36,172 nucleotides of DNA from a virus. Its lineage: Duplodnaviria; Caudoviricetes. This document shows, in pieces, positions 21,301-28,462 of the stretch. The stretch lies in IMG/VR virus record IMGVR_UViG_3300038674_000163, positions 1 to 36,172 of that record. One strand, written 5' to 3'. Both the position numbers and the translations under genes were made by a program. Under the pieces are notes generated by a model that did no database searches, was not told the origin of the DNA, and was given only the letters and a program-made list of their open reading frames with translations. Every line of letters begins with the position of its first letter. Positions within the stretch are counted from its first letter, which is position 1.

Positions 21301-21941
21301 TTGTACCTCAGGTATGGCAGGTTATTATAGCTACAACTAATCAACAGAATATCCGTTATACAAAAGGTATGGCTGGTATGTGGGAACGTTGGTTAAATAC
21401 GTTTGTACCTACACAACCTCTTGGTAATCGTAAAATTAATCCATATACAGGTGAAGTAGAAGATAAGTATGCCTTACCTATCATAGGAGCACTTTTACAA
21501 AAAGGTGTGTTAGGTCCGAAAATCTACTGGACAGAGATAAGTGAAGAAGAACGTTTGGCTCGTGAATTCAAGGTAAACAAAACACAATTAACAGGTGAAT
21601 TTACCGTAAATGGTAAACAATATGAGCTTGATGATATACTTCTCAATGAGAAGTATGGTCAACTCAACAAAGAAAGTCTGGCAAAAATAAAGTCCCAAAA
21701 ACATAACGTTCAGATGCCGAATGGCAATTACAAAACGCTGTCTTGGGACAATATGACGGACGAACAACGAGCTCGTGTTATATCAAGAACTATGACACAA
21801 AATGCAGAGTATGCAAAGATTTATATGTGGACACAGGTTATGAACAAGAAATTCTATACTTCTTATTCTATGTTACAGACATTGCGTAAACTCGGTATCA
21901 CGAAGAACGTCTATCTCGGCGATAAAGGTTTTTTAGAATAA
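12387..21941 (+). CDS. Giant (3184 aa) ejected virion / large polyvalent protein with two zincin-like HExxH metallopeptidase domains
   Basis: AGGAGG RBS. G/A-rich hydrophobic N-terminal region with EGLEEFLQ; TLVHETNHALQ...GEIWAR and LNHEFRHILQ...GEINAY; C-terminal PFLNSSFNW...YTPFG region with hydrophobic helices. Confidence 0.75.
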   Translation: MSLLYTEGLLKQYNKGQSIGTEPETTDNANRFFSDSYLNKYDVLYNKYKDNKNFDVNMWQDAFKNGDQDSYLALLEQNKDTQMSKEFYDSQYYDYETMMLELYKPLANATNEEERKIQVYDATQNKYVEQSLGKMSDQQFIQYQLNEVRNNRKKEITRQLEEDRKKQLGWWGKFGHDIAATLGEFGEGVLVGLSGILDVVIAPFYATDAASSGEKSWFENWLDAFVDYFGSQGVTALEKATIRAALDEYERTNTHFRDLDGNITGIGKYVAGIANSIGMMVPAIVANALIPGVGTATFYASIFSGNMYDNANNPETVGSPSWLKISNAAIKSSAEAVIEWALGKLLGGTIQNAALGLAGKSGIAAFKGISKTAGIKYLFKSAAQEGLEEFLQDFSTNLVDKFTDMLYEGYGNTGVTFQTLIDSFCIGALSSIFMSSGQVVLHSTSSAIRNMKEPGSGDLLIETKDGPKKVRGFTKLYYSSILSDFQKALEDLGSGKLKVKENIKLAQEVYAAMSVIAQYYSSFSPDRVKVCEALLNRVINAEKEVFTKRMHTELEHDDKAISKVINSNKDLKSQVKISSREKAKTFSVIVDITFRSMVGGVALRHAEKIKKVAEDKENVFKENGVTQVTGAIDTDGVRYKKDPEMAELEERLGKKAADNIEELRKGYEFVITTDGHIAVEQDGYLFVSEAWLQNYTSTEIYKYLEQTKILETLATEEAFAPMLKKLIAFDKEFTGQEDVNAERALMDLLFNKSVYQAFLLSHNGENVHEFKAFIFQLHDIIKSLANRSAYHQQKFKGKQSQKRINLLNQIYEKIKDTMREPTIKAILYWHFDPQTIGADSVLTARDLDVINQYEQRRRVLANVGKNKDSSAYENLAEDIIKAGKFNNEELALIRKVIENETEITDKERTLVRLLLDEADCRMTTYDFERPNTYVLESLSERLIGDIGRVSKIDDSTTHELFNTKFITWKSLAKNIIEELARNRARLGLFSTDFQTNIDNITKDLGRLYDGTFVDNGKTNTENLKELLTKLSDLINKEVEHFSNTQIKKRTDVGLGAFTIPYQAISALNENNIAEAQMITDALNEFEHTYGISFRELIINGPWTESSVRTGIDKFIEEMRAFRMSYLAFAIKKLENMLGNKYIVVIRYKDDIPYDFSLVKQIPAETLLSRDILNEDIDIRNAIFRQMLIEDKRTLDEFIDISKFPSEVQSALKNISISFTDIDYDTTQGAFDAENNTIIISPSYSSNYFATLVHETNHALQSVYNLPNGFSPDDAFAMPEFLAYVVNNYTQHVNYVLRREGYADFFFDNKKSVSVKDIKALPISVRESISFCAYKLVQGEIWARSYSHNIGPVHGFVLQKLSNGGRIISPDGKHTFSFQFAQSPQSKAASTKAVADAALDIAVQKLFLLKAHQEREGYKSTSRNTYHSYFNKGSTTEMTQKLMRSDLPLFTRHTVKLDGVIKNPTEYLSPEILEMCNGDFSEGNVFYRVKEYVETNYEGISIDRKDITHEYIWVNDNAFDDLLLTSIRGKTDSNDTSLVKQYGTGEKIPLTKFYSEGQLAKLGIHPNAFVVIASNVVTETRFDEQHRVGAIFIKADENTTDSEIIDKLNHEFRHILQYYNGFETGFTPDFKVSKEMIADVKNHVPGLFTNESIVRWAKTLHKEQWEEAIVQRFVYFSVGGEINAYGFRASELYAKPTFVNKEAGNPTIFLPWYDAKTGEGRHTTEFLAMRADDTKTNKPDIRLTLPKAKKGPKYTSVKVDSIEDTIEKTYVYDTRRDFSYKKAKGTNLEYFIVKGQRNQMDPDLQDFVIATTGHEDKLPEELVYAIKNHTLTKQALFKWFRQVDSKKINDFTFDLLNKYIFKNNYISNMRELDAIIARDPSFYWAAAQVLRKEGLSLEALVTDNDVEKFLTFIDSIEGSKWKEKIAKKQTEFNTQWIETSKGNYEKVDIDTDYRIDGYMRVFTMQWFDGTLAGAFYMANAYRKTTRKYEEEQRGVLSINAQQKGEKDTSAAEDILTTKNKLVENNSVGNDIIAIYEESHVTTDDMIKDLIKYKYSQKVEDVVNLFNVSSELKDKMRKKLSDYNEVKDYFTKLSKKKDLTDVDRVMLKGLKSLFTEIIFYQKALSNMTSEEIAARYADVKNAELTDTKVPDAALDAKTKQYKQTRVDIVGRIKRSAKSLLKLVNEGKVKFTDLPQEVQDMFQFVDAITETGKKTQVRELKPEVYSVGRGRNKLPGETDKISRLNYVPKHDITKGNEAFRHDTSTIRANDELLRNTLDAVKKYAKQKDNTVKKAVTRGEQASRTLANIMRTKNVPKENRLKETEFKIKKRQFRPSDKSNIFNIISSIDMPHVLYGLLDKSFEEFADTEVQFASRDKNGQLYDKTQFKDGEFDSRVKHEVSNWEAFYEANRETLLSLTRKDVLDIVEFFQRGVSTIDGPANKLAAFEIFLLGYIVDGARHNFNNWNFSDAEIEMIEKLYEAKASAHGSGLNAVQQMIKVVNPMRKVRQRMFDDWDAISDHDKDELIAAVESLQNEKDAELRKIKVKKVQEMLKDFGKRQRESDKLKTKRWSKGWWKNLGGKIKSYRYMSMLSSPMTWIRNVISNVIITVFNKTSDVIGSIVFSRKGYREDQWNLNKVKISAEVKTFIDENILKNPVFKPLYDMTNKYDPRPSKNTTKERNLLVSLIAKAYEKQYAKENRFDSKVMKNVSKFIDKMISDEYFVKFVAGRYFGKMLTLEMEKGKIDLSKGLTDEVANLFAESVIMANIEYMHKRSFMADMLDGIRDKRPVLYEALTFWQPFLNSSFNWFAEAFKYTPFGLATSIIKMTRLEKQIEKLDARRAKGEMVVDNRVAEFLIRRDVGKGILGLVLSGFGILLASIGRIRIDEDDDKFYMYIDEQLKLDITSLFGSSSVLVGASVAQLWAKKINGDSIKFEEMLSILTDTMLEGFFAVDILERHKWGGTWDDLLTEIESVLRSFVPQVWQVIIATTNQQNIRYTKGMAGMWERWLNTFVPTQPLGNRKINPYTGEVEDKYALPIIGALLQKGVLGPKIYWTEISEEERLAREFKVNKTQLTGEFTVNGKQYELDDILLNEKYGQLNKESLAKIKSQKHNVQMPNGNYKTLSWDNMTDEQRARVISRTMTQNAEYAKIYMWTQVMNKKFYTSYSMLQTLRKLGITKNVYLGDKGFLE

Positions 21942-22209
21942 AAGTATTATGAATGCGCTCTAAATCTTCTGTACTTGCCAGTACGGTCAGATATTCTCCG
22001 GTTAAAGGGCACCTCAATTCGAGGTGCTCTTCATCTTTTGCTATCAAGGTCATAGCTCTTGTCATGCCATAGCATTTATCTATTAGATAATTACAACACT
22101 CTTTCCAGGTCATAAAATCATAAGGTGAAAATGAATCACCGATTACTAACAGATTACCTTCAATTATATTTTCACCACGCTTTATTGTCGGACGATTAAT
22201 ATAAGGCAT
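21898..22209 (-). CDS. Hypothetical protein (103 aa)
   Basis: AAGGAG RBS at 22216-22221; 3' end overlaps the giant gene convergently by 44 bp. Confidence 0.7.
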   Translation of the reverse strand: MPYINRPTIKRGENIIEGNLLVIGDSFSPYDFMTWKECCNYLIDKCYGMTRAMTLIAKDEEHLELRCPLTGEYLTVLASTEDLERIHNTFILKNLYRRDRRSS

Positions 22210-22232
22210 AATATTCTCCTTAATGATTACTA

Positions 22233-22336
22233 TCTATGTATTCTAATATATAATATCATTATCCTGAATAATCTATCGACAGACTCTATTCTATTAAGAT
22301 ATTATATATTAGAAATCGCTACAGTGATGTTCTAAT
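22233..22336. repeat. 104-bp structured direct repeat, copy 1
   Basis: 101/104 identical to 28279-28382. 17-bp perfect IR at 22241-22257 and 22298-22314; second hairpin at 22308-22336; contains the polB stop codon. Confidence 0.97.
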
Positions 22337-24350
22337 CGTTTTCTTTCCAGATATCTAGGGGTATTAATTTACCGTTTACAACCTCATACCACGGTGCGTC
22401 CAGCATTTCATATGTTTTATTTATATACCACATATAATCTATATCATCTCTGAACTCATCAATAGTGTGTATTGACAAATCTTCATTTATCAAACCGCAA
22501 TGTGGTGGACATCCAGGAGCCTTGTACTCTTTTAATTCACCTTTCACGATTTTGGTCTTTTTGATTTCACCAAAGGCTTTATTCATTGAGGCGTAGGCTC
22601 TATTACATCTGGGTAATATTTCATCAGGTCTACCGTCATTAAATTTACGACGTATTCCACTGAATGAACCTTTATGGCAAGTTATTATGAATTTACTTAT
22701 ATCGCTTTCATTATAGATATGTTCTACAATATCTTTGCCGTGAGTAATATATTCTATCATAGCTTCTCTACATACATAGCTGTCAAGAGGTCTAACTCTA
22801 TTGTATCCAGGTTGTTGCATATCAGTTACAAAGAAACCACCTTTTGTTTTAACCTTACCATTCTGTTTACCCATGATATAATTATTTACATCACGCTGCC
22901 ATATTTGATACTCATTCTCAAACTCGAGCGGTATTTTACATTTTTCTTCCCATTGTTTGCCGATTTCATACATTAAATCTTTGTACTCATCGCGAATGTA
23001 AATCAATATACCGTCTGTATTTGTTTGTATTATCCTTATATTGTTCTTGCCGATACTATTGTACAGATTATTTGCAAGAGCTGTAAGTAATAATTGACCT
23101 AAACGGCAGGTGTATGTTGTCATATAAGGGTCGTACAAATCAAGATACTTATTCCCAGAAGCACCATAAGTCGTATTAAGAATTAATTTGTACGCTTGTG
23201 AGGTTTCTTTTGCATTCTTGTAATTAATGTACTCTTGCTCTGGTGCATTTTCCGGATGTTTACCATACTTATCTTCAAACGGACCGATAACAGCTTTTAA
23301 CTCTAACCTTGTTTTTATAAGATTAGCAAATTTAGATGGGTCAGGAATAGTTCTTGACAGTCCATTCCAATTTACCATAAGATTCGGATAGAATGAACCA
23401 GCATCTATGTTTATGAGTGACCAACCATTACCTGTCTTTGCATGTAGAAACCATGCCGTATATTTTGTTTTGTTACTTATTTCGGCAGGTCTTACAGGCA
23501 CAGAGTGTATACCACCATTACTGTATGATACAATGTTTTCAAACAATACAACATCAACTTTCTCAGGACTTGAGCACAAACGATTTACTATTGACGATGG
23601 CAGACTGTACGCAATGTAAGATTTTAACTCATTAGGTATTTCAATATCTTGTCTTTCTGCATCAGGGAATGATTTTCTTACTGCATTAAGTGCTCTAGCA
23701 GATAGATTAGCATTTGTAGATTTATAACATATATCTATTGGTAGATTGAACACTTTACCTACGAGAAGTTTCGTCGCGATGAACGGCTTTAGAATAATCT
23801 TGTAGAACATCATACAAGACCATACATCGTGTTTACAATAACTGATTATATCTAATTTGTCCATTTCTGACAGATTTGTTTTGTCAAATGGAACGCTGCT
23901 CTCACGAATATCCAATTGCATGCAGGCCTCTTTTTCTTTGAGTGAACCAGTATTATCATCAAGCATATCTTGATAGATAAAATTGTTATACTTCTTTTTA
24001 GCAAATGGAGCGATACGCATATATTCTGGCGATTCGTATTGCTTTTCAGGATTGATTATAATATCGCTAAGTATTTTAATCTGTCTAGGTGTAAAACCAT
24101 TTGCTATACCGTTCAGAATGATATTGTCATAATACTTAATATTATAACCCATGTTTACATAATTTCTATCTGTGACAATAGACAATAGTGTTTCTCTTGC
24201 CGAAGAATCATCACTTGTAATGACAAAGAATTCATCTTTTATACTTTCTGGTATATGGTCATCTTGTGGATATCTACCTATCACACAACACCACCACTCC
24301 GGGAATACCTCGAAGTCAAACATTTGTTCTTTCAATGCTTTCATACTCAT
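22332..24350 (-). CDS. DNA polymerase, family B, with 3'-5' exonuclease
   Basis: ExoI FDFEVF, ExoII GYNIKYYD, ExoIII YCKHDV; polymerase motifs DAGSFYP, KLILNTTYG and NTDG. Confidence 0.95.
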   Translation of the reverse strand: MSMKALKEQMFDFEVFPEWWCCVIGRYPQDDHIPESIKDEFFVITSDDSSARETLLSIVTDRNYVNMGYNIKYYDNIILNGIANGFTPRQIKILSDIIINPEKQYESPEYMRIAPFAKKKYNNFIYQDMLDDNTGSLKEKEACMQLDIRESSVPFDKTNLSEMDKLDIISYCKHDVWSCMMFYKIILKPFIATKLLVGKVFNLPIDICYKSTNANLSARALNAVRKSFPDAERQDIEIPNELKSYIAYSLPSSIVNRLCSSPEKVDVVLFENIVSYSNGGIHSVPVRPAEISNKTKYTAWFLHAKTGNGWSLINIDAGSFYPNLMVNWNGLSRTIPDPSKFANLIKTRLELKAVIGPFEDKYGKHPENAPEQEYINYKNAKETSQAYKLILNTTYGASGNKYLDLYDPYMTTYTCRLGQLLLTALANNLYNSIGKNNIRIIQTNTDGILIYIRDEYKDLMYEIGKQWEEKCKIPLEFENEYQIWQRDVNNYIMGKQNGKVKTKGGFFVTDMQQPGYNRVRPLDSYVCREAMIEYITHGKDIVEHIYNESDISKFIITCHKGSFSGIRRKFNDGRPDEILPRCNRAYASMNKAFGEIKKTKIVKGELKEYKAPGCPPHCGLINEDLSIHTIDEFRDDIDYMWYINKTYEMLDAPWYEVVNGKLIPLDIWKEND

Positions 24351-24532
24351 TTCCTCACATTAAATTGTTTAGTCGCTATGATTAGTTTTATCATTTCTGT
24401 TTGCAAATTTTGTTCTTCTTCTTTTGTAAGAACATCTTTTTCTTCTGGTGTTTCTGTCAAGATTGATTTGAGTTCGTTCAAAGCATTCGTTACTTTGCTC
24501 ATACTACTAATTATTTTGTCATATAATCTCAT
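24347..24532 (-). CDS. Hypothetical small helical protein (61 aa)
   Basis: Start/stop overlaps with both the primase and polB genes. Confidence 0.65.
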   Translation of the reverse strand: MRLYDKIISSMSKVTNALNELKSILTETPEEKDVLTKEEEQNLQTEMIKLIIATKQFNVRK

Positions 24533-26616
24533 TAGAACGGCGTCTCCAATAATTCTTGTTGTGTTGGTGGTTTTCTTCTTGAGAAGATTTGCTGTGATGC
24601 TCTACGTTCGTTTCCAGTAAAATCAATTTCTACATTATATAGTGCGCACATGTCTTCTTTGAAGGTCATTATAGATGGCAGTCTCATATAGTTATTCGCC
24701 TGTGCCCATTCTATATACATTGTGTATGTAGCCAATACAGGTTTCTTATATATGTCATTCAATGTTATATTTTCTTCATACAACCATTCATTAAGTGAAC
24801 TTTGACGACATTTGAATTTACGTAATAATTCTTTTTCGCTTTGACTGATACGAAATTGGCCTTCTTGCAGCGCAATACCTACCCAGTATACGGCTTTATA
24901 CAAAAAATATTCCATATCTCTTGCTGTCAATTTGTTAAGGAATAAAGGGTCAGGATTTTTTATTTTGTTATCGAGTTCGATTATAACCATACGTCTGTAT
25001 AGACCTGAGGTTTTATCGAGTATTCTCGGCAACTTATTACAGGAAAACATACAGGTTGCAAAGGGAGTGAACGTAACAGGTTCTTTGAATATCTGTCTTA
25101 CTGTTATCTCATTACCTGTTACTAATGATTTGAATCTACCTGTATTTTCAAGTACTTTTCCATCAACCGCGTCGTCGTCTATGTTCACCAATTTGCTCAA
25201 CAGAGTCGCAAGATAATAGTCATTATCCATTTTGTCTATACCTACACGGGCTCTATTCGTTTCACCTAACATCTTTACGATAAGGTCCTGGAATGTAGAT
25301 TTACCTGTGCCGCCTTCTCCTTGAAAGATGAAGAACTTACCGAAGTAATTCTTTTTAAGTAAGCAATAACCTGCTATTTGATACAAAAATTGTTCTTTCA
25401 TAATATTTACAGAACCGTCTCTGTTAGCAGAGATATGTGCCATGAACTCGTCTATCTTTGGACTATGAGGTGGGTCTCCGTTATAACACCAAGGTATTGC
25501 GATTGTGTTCTTTTCTTCTTTATTAGGTTCGCTCAATTCACCTGTTACGACATCAAGTATGCCATTTCCAACAGCTATCTTGTGCCAAACCTTGTCTATC
25601 TCTTGGGGTTCTACCAGAGTTTTGAGTGCTAGAAATTTCATTATTTCTTGTCTGCCAGTAGCAGGTATATTACTGCTTATCTCATAATGTATTAGACGTT
25701 CTATATCTATATCACGTAAAGGTTTGTAATAAGTTTTATCGAACATGTAATACTGTTTATAACCTACACACATTATGTCAAATTCTCTTGTTATTTTATC
25801 GGCCACTGTATTATAAATGTTTTCTTTCTCAAGTACATTTAATTTTACCTTGTCACCCTTTTGTCTGTGCTCAACATCTGTCTTTCGTTCTTTTACAACA
25901 GAAGCTTCCATTTCTGCATCTTTCAAAGGAACTTTGAATAAATAGGTGTTTATCAATTCAAGAGCTTCTCTTATTTCTTCATTTGTAAGTTTATTACTTT
26001 GTAATAATTTTGTACGCCATTTGAAGAGCGCGGTGTTTCTGCCATCACCATTACCCATGCCTATAAAAGTCTGTATCTGATTTTTGGCTATCATTATAGG
26101 CTTTAAGAATGACGGTATTTCGTCAATATCTTTTTGCCATGTTCCCCATGACCTATGAGGGTCATTAGTAGGTAGAATTATGTAACCTTTTTTATTTGCT
26201 CTATGGTCTACTGTTATACCAAGAGCGCATTTGGTTACTGCATCAGAGGGGATAGATAGAGTACTATCTTTGAACAAGAGATGAACACCTCTACTTGTTC
26301 TGTTATAAGAATAAGCTATACCTCGTTCATTTAATATACGCAAGATATTCTCTGCACTATCAGGATGGTCTTCGTTGTCTACGTCTACAACTACATAACC
26401 TTCTGGGATAATCCAGCCTATTCTAAACCCGGCATCTGCATATCTACAGGCTTGTTCAAACGTTAGAGGTGCAGAGCGCCACTGCGTGAGTGGCGCTTTG
26501 TTCTCATATCTGCTGTCGTACTCTCTAGTAGCCCATAGTTCTGCATCATACTTTCGTATTTGTACATAACCACAATTTGGGTATAGTTGATTAATACGTG
26601 TCAACATTTCATCCAT
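24532..26616 (-). CDS. Primase-helicase: prim-pol domain, PriCT and D5/P4-type SF3 helicase
   Basis: VVVDVD and RGVHLLF (AEP prim-pol), GDGRNTALF (PriCT-1), NGILDVVTGEL (D5_N), Walker A GEGGTGKST, FSCNKLP, RRMVII. Confidence 0.93.
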   Translation of the reverse strand: MDEMLTRINQLYPNCGYVQIRKYDAELWATREYDSRYENKAPLTQWRSAPLTFEQACRYADAGFRIGWIIPEGYVVVDVDNEDHPDSAENILRILNERGIAYSYNRTSRGVHLLFKDSTLSIPSDAVTKCALGITVDHRANKKGYIILPTNDPHRSWGTWQKDIDEIPSFLKPIMIAKNQIQTFIGMGNGDGRNTALFKWRTKLLQSNKLTNEEIREALELINTYLFKVPLKDAEMEASVVKERKTDVEHRQKGDKVKLNVLEKENIYNTVADKITREFDIMCVGYKQYYMFDKTYYKPLRDIDIERLIHYEISSNIPATGRQEIMKFLALKTLVEPQEIDKVWHKIAVGNGILDVVTGELSEPNKEEKNTIAIPWCYNGDPPHSPKIDEFMAHISANRDGSVNIMKEQFLYQIAGYCLLKKNYFGKFFIFQGEGGTGKSTFQDLIVKMLGETNRARVGIDKMDNDYYLATLLSKLVNIDDDAVDGKVLENTGRFKSLVTGNEITVRQIFKEPVTFTPFATCMFSCNKLPRILDKTSGLYRRMVIIELDNKIKNPDPLFLNKLTARDMEYFLYKAVYWVGIALQEGQFRISQSEKELLRKFKCRQSSLNEWLYEENITLNDIYKKPVLATYTMYIEWAQANNYMRLPSIMTFKEDMCALYNVEIDFTGNERRASQQIFSRRKPPTQQELLETPF

Positions 26617-26631
26617 TCTTTTGCTCCTTAT

Positions 26632-27897
26632 TTATAGACATTTCTTTATGCTCATGTAGAGGTCATGCATCTTTTGTTTATTTTGTACGGCGAGCCATAT
26701 TTGCTTTTCAACAGTATCTTTATGTTGTAATACTATTATTTGTGTTTCTCTCTTTTGTCCAAGTCGCCAGCATCTGTGTATCATTTGTTTATACTTTAGA
26801 AACGAATAATCTAATGTATAGAAGATTATCGTGCTGCAGTTATCTTGTAGATTGAATGATTTACATTCACCACATTGTAACAATAATACATCAAAAACAT
26901 TCTGCTTGAATTTCCTGATATCACTTGTTGCTCTATTACCAAATTTTGCAACGAGTTCTTCATAGTCTGCTATATATTTATACACTATAACACATCTACC
27001 TTTTGCTACATATTCGTCAAGATAATCTAGCTTTTTATTTCTATGATATCTGTGTATATTATCTGGTAGATAAATATAACCGTTACATACTTGATGTGCT
27101 TTTGATATCGCTACCATCTTTTCTGTTGTCGTTGCGAATTCACCTACTTCAATAATACCTTTAAGTGTATTATTATATGCTTCAGTCTTAACATATGGTA
27201 TCTCTACAACAGATATATTAAGATTAGGCATTTGGTCATCTTCATCATAGTCTACAAATAAACAATATTCATCTAGTAGACCATTCCACCAAGATAACCA
27301 CTTTTCTTTTATAGATATAGGCTTTTGGAATTTACCATACGCACCATAACCTATCTCAAAATCACAAAAGGTACGAGTCCAGGCTGAATATGACATTTTG
27401 CCTTGTCCGCCGACCCATAGTGCATGTAATTGACACCATATATCTACGTCACTATTGCCACGTGGTGTACCTGTTAGACCCCAAGCGTATTCAACTGTTT
27501 TACAAAGTTTATATATCAATTTGTGTATCTTCGATGAATTAGACTTTATTATATGACATTCATCTACAATTATTACATCCCATTTCTTTGCAAGAAGTAC
27601 TACAGACATATCACCTATTGCCGTTCTATCTGTTACCAAATAGGTATTTTTCGGCAAGATTTTTTGAGGTACTATCTCTGGTTCCCACATCTTACGAATG
27701 GCATCACAAGAAGATATGATGAGTACATTTGTATTACCGTTTTTCTGTTTGTCTATTTCTTGTAATGCATCGATTACAGGATATGTTTTACCTTTTCCAG
27801 GCTCAAAGAATAAACAGGCGTGTTTCTTTGTCAGCAGTAGGTCTCTACCAATTTCTTGATATTGTTTACGCTTTAGTTTATATTCTTCGTATAGCAT
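26632..27897 (-). CDS. SNF2-like (SF2) phage helicase
   Basis: EPGKGKT, IVDECH, GLTGTP and QMIHRCWRLGQ; motif V is divergent (GECKSFNLQ). Confidence 0.9.
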   Translation of the reverse strand: MLYEEYKLKRKQYQEIGRDLLLTKKHACLFFEPGKGKTYPVIDALQEIDKQKNGNTNVLIISSCDAIRKMWEPEIVPQKILPKNTYLVTDRTAIGDMSVVLLAKKWDVIIVDECHIIKSNSSKIHKLIYKLCKTVEYAWGLTGTPRGNSDVDIWCQLHALWVGGQGKMSYSAWTRTFCDFEIGYGAYGKFQKPISIKEKWLSWWNGLLDEYCLFVDYDEDDQMPNLNISVVEIPYVKTEAYNNTLKGIIEVGEFATTTEKMVAISKAHQVCNGYIYLPDNIHRYHRNKKLDYLDEYVAKGRCVIVYKYIADYEELVAKFGNRATSDIRKFKQNVFDVLLLQCGECKSFNLQDNCSTIIFYTLDYSFLKYKQMIHRCWRLGQKRETQIIVLQHKDTVEKQIWLAVQNKQKMHDLYMSIKKCL

Positions 27898-28266
27898 TTA
27901 TATCTCTCCTTTTATCTTTTTAAGTATTAATTCTGCGTAGTCGTCATTGTCTATCACAAAGAATATACCACCGGCATTTCTTATCTCTTTGCCCACGATT
28001 TCTTGTGCCTTACGTTCGTCATCTATCACATTAATTTTTTTAGGCGTCTTTATTTCTAAGGCACAAAATATACCTATCTTGCCATCTTTGAACCAACCTT
28101 CTTTGAGCATTTGTCTTATGCTTTCTTCTGTGGCTGGTATACAGGCTATCAAATCTGATATGCCTTTTCTTGAGTACATATCTCCGTGAGTCTTAAAAAC
28201 GAAGGCGTCACCATCTTTTAAGACTTTCTGGCACCTTCGTTGAATATTACTTTCTAATTCTGCCAT
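27898..28266 (-). CDS. VRR-NUC (PD-(D/E)xK) nuclease, possible Holliday junction resolvase
   Basis: ESNIQ...GISDLIAC...LEIKTP...Q...IRNAGG pattern. Confidence 0.88.
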   Translation of the reverse strand: MAELESNIQRRCQKVLKDGDAFVFKTHGDMYSRKGISDLIACIPATEESIRQMLKEGWFKDGKIGIFCALEIKTPKKINVIDDERKAQEIVGKEIRNAGGIFFVIDNDDYAELILKKIKGEI

Positions 28267-28278
28267 ATTTCATTCACC

Positions 28279-28382
28279 TCTATGTATTCTAATATATAAT
28301 ATCATTATCCTGAATAATCTATCGACAGACTCTATTCTATTAAGATATTATATATTAGAAATCGTTACAGCGATATTCTAAT
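28279..28382. repeat. 104-bp structured direct repeat, copy 2
   Basis: Offset 6046 bp from copy 1; differs only at 28365, 28371 and 28375; abuts the VRR-NUC RBS (GAGGTG, 28275-28280). Confidence 0.97.
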
Positions 28383-28410
28383 GTGATTTTTCATCTTAAT
28401 TTTCGAGAAT

Positions 28411-28441
28411 TAGACCGGCCCAGGTCAGTTGAGCCGGTCTA
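28411..28441 (-). terminator. GC-rich stem-loop after the SSB gene, probable terminator
   Basis: TAGACCGGC / GCCGGTCTA stem, extendable by G-U pairing on the - strand; weak U-tract. Confidence 0.55.
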
Positions 28442-28462
28442 TAGTTCGTTAGTTCGTTTCAG

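Noticed and set aside
12387-21941. Giant protein as a virion RNA polymerase (N4- or crAss-like)
   Set aside because: No Rx3Kx7YG motif B or convincing DFDxD/DxDGD context. DIDYD lies in the lead-in to the metallopeptidase domain and DIDTD lacks supporting motifs. Not fully excluded without a structure search.
22233-22336. Repeat as a dif/Xer site, integron attC, MITE or att site
   Set aside because: Only loose resemblance (TCTAAT/ATTAGA versus RYYYAAC/GTTRRRY; TAATATATA versus Bacillota dif). No recombinase or transposase in the window, and identity extends beyond the IRs with no target-site duplication.
28279-28382. Repeat as an assembly artefact
   Set aside because: The copies differ at three structure-preserving positions, and each is integrated with intact flanking signals (stop codon, RBS).
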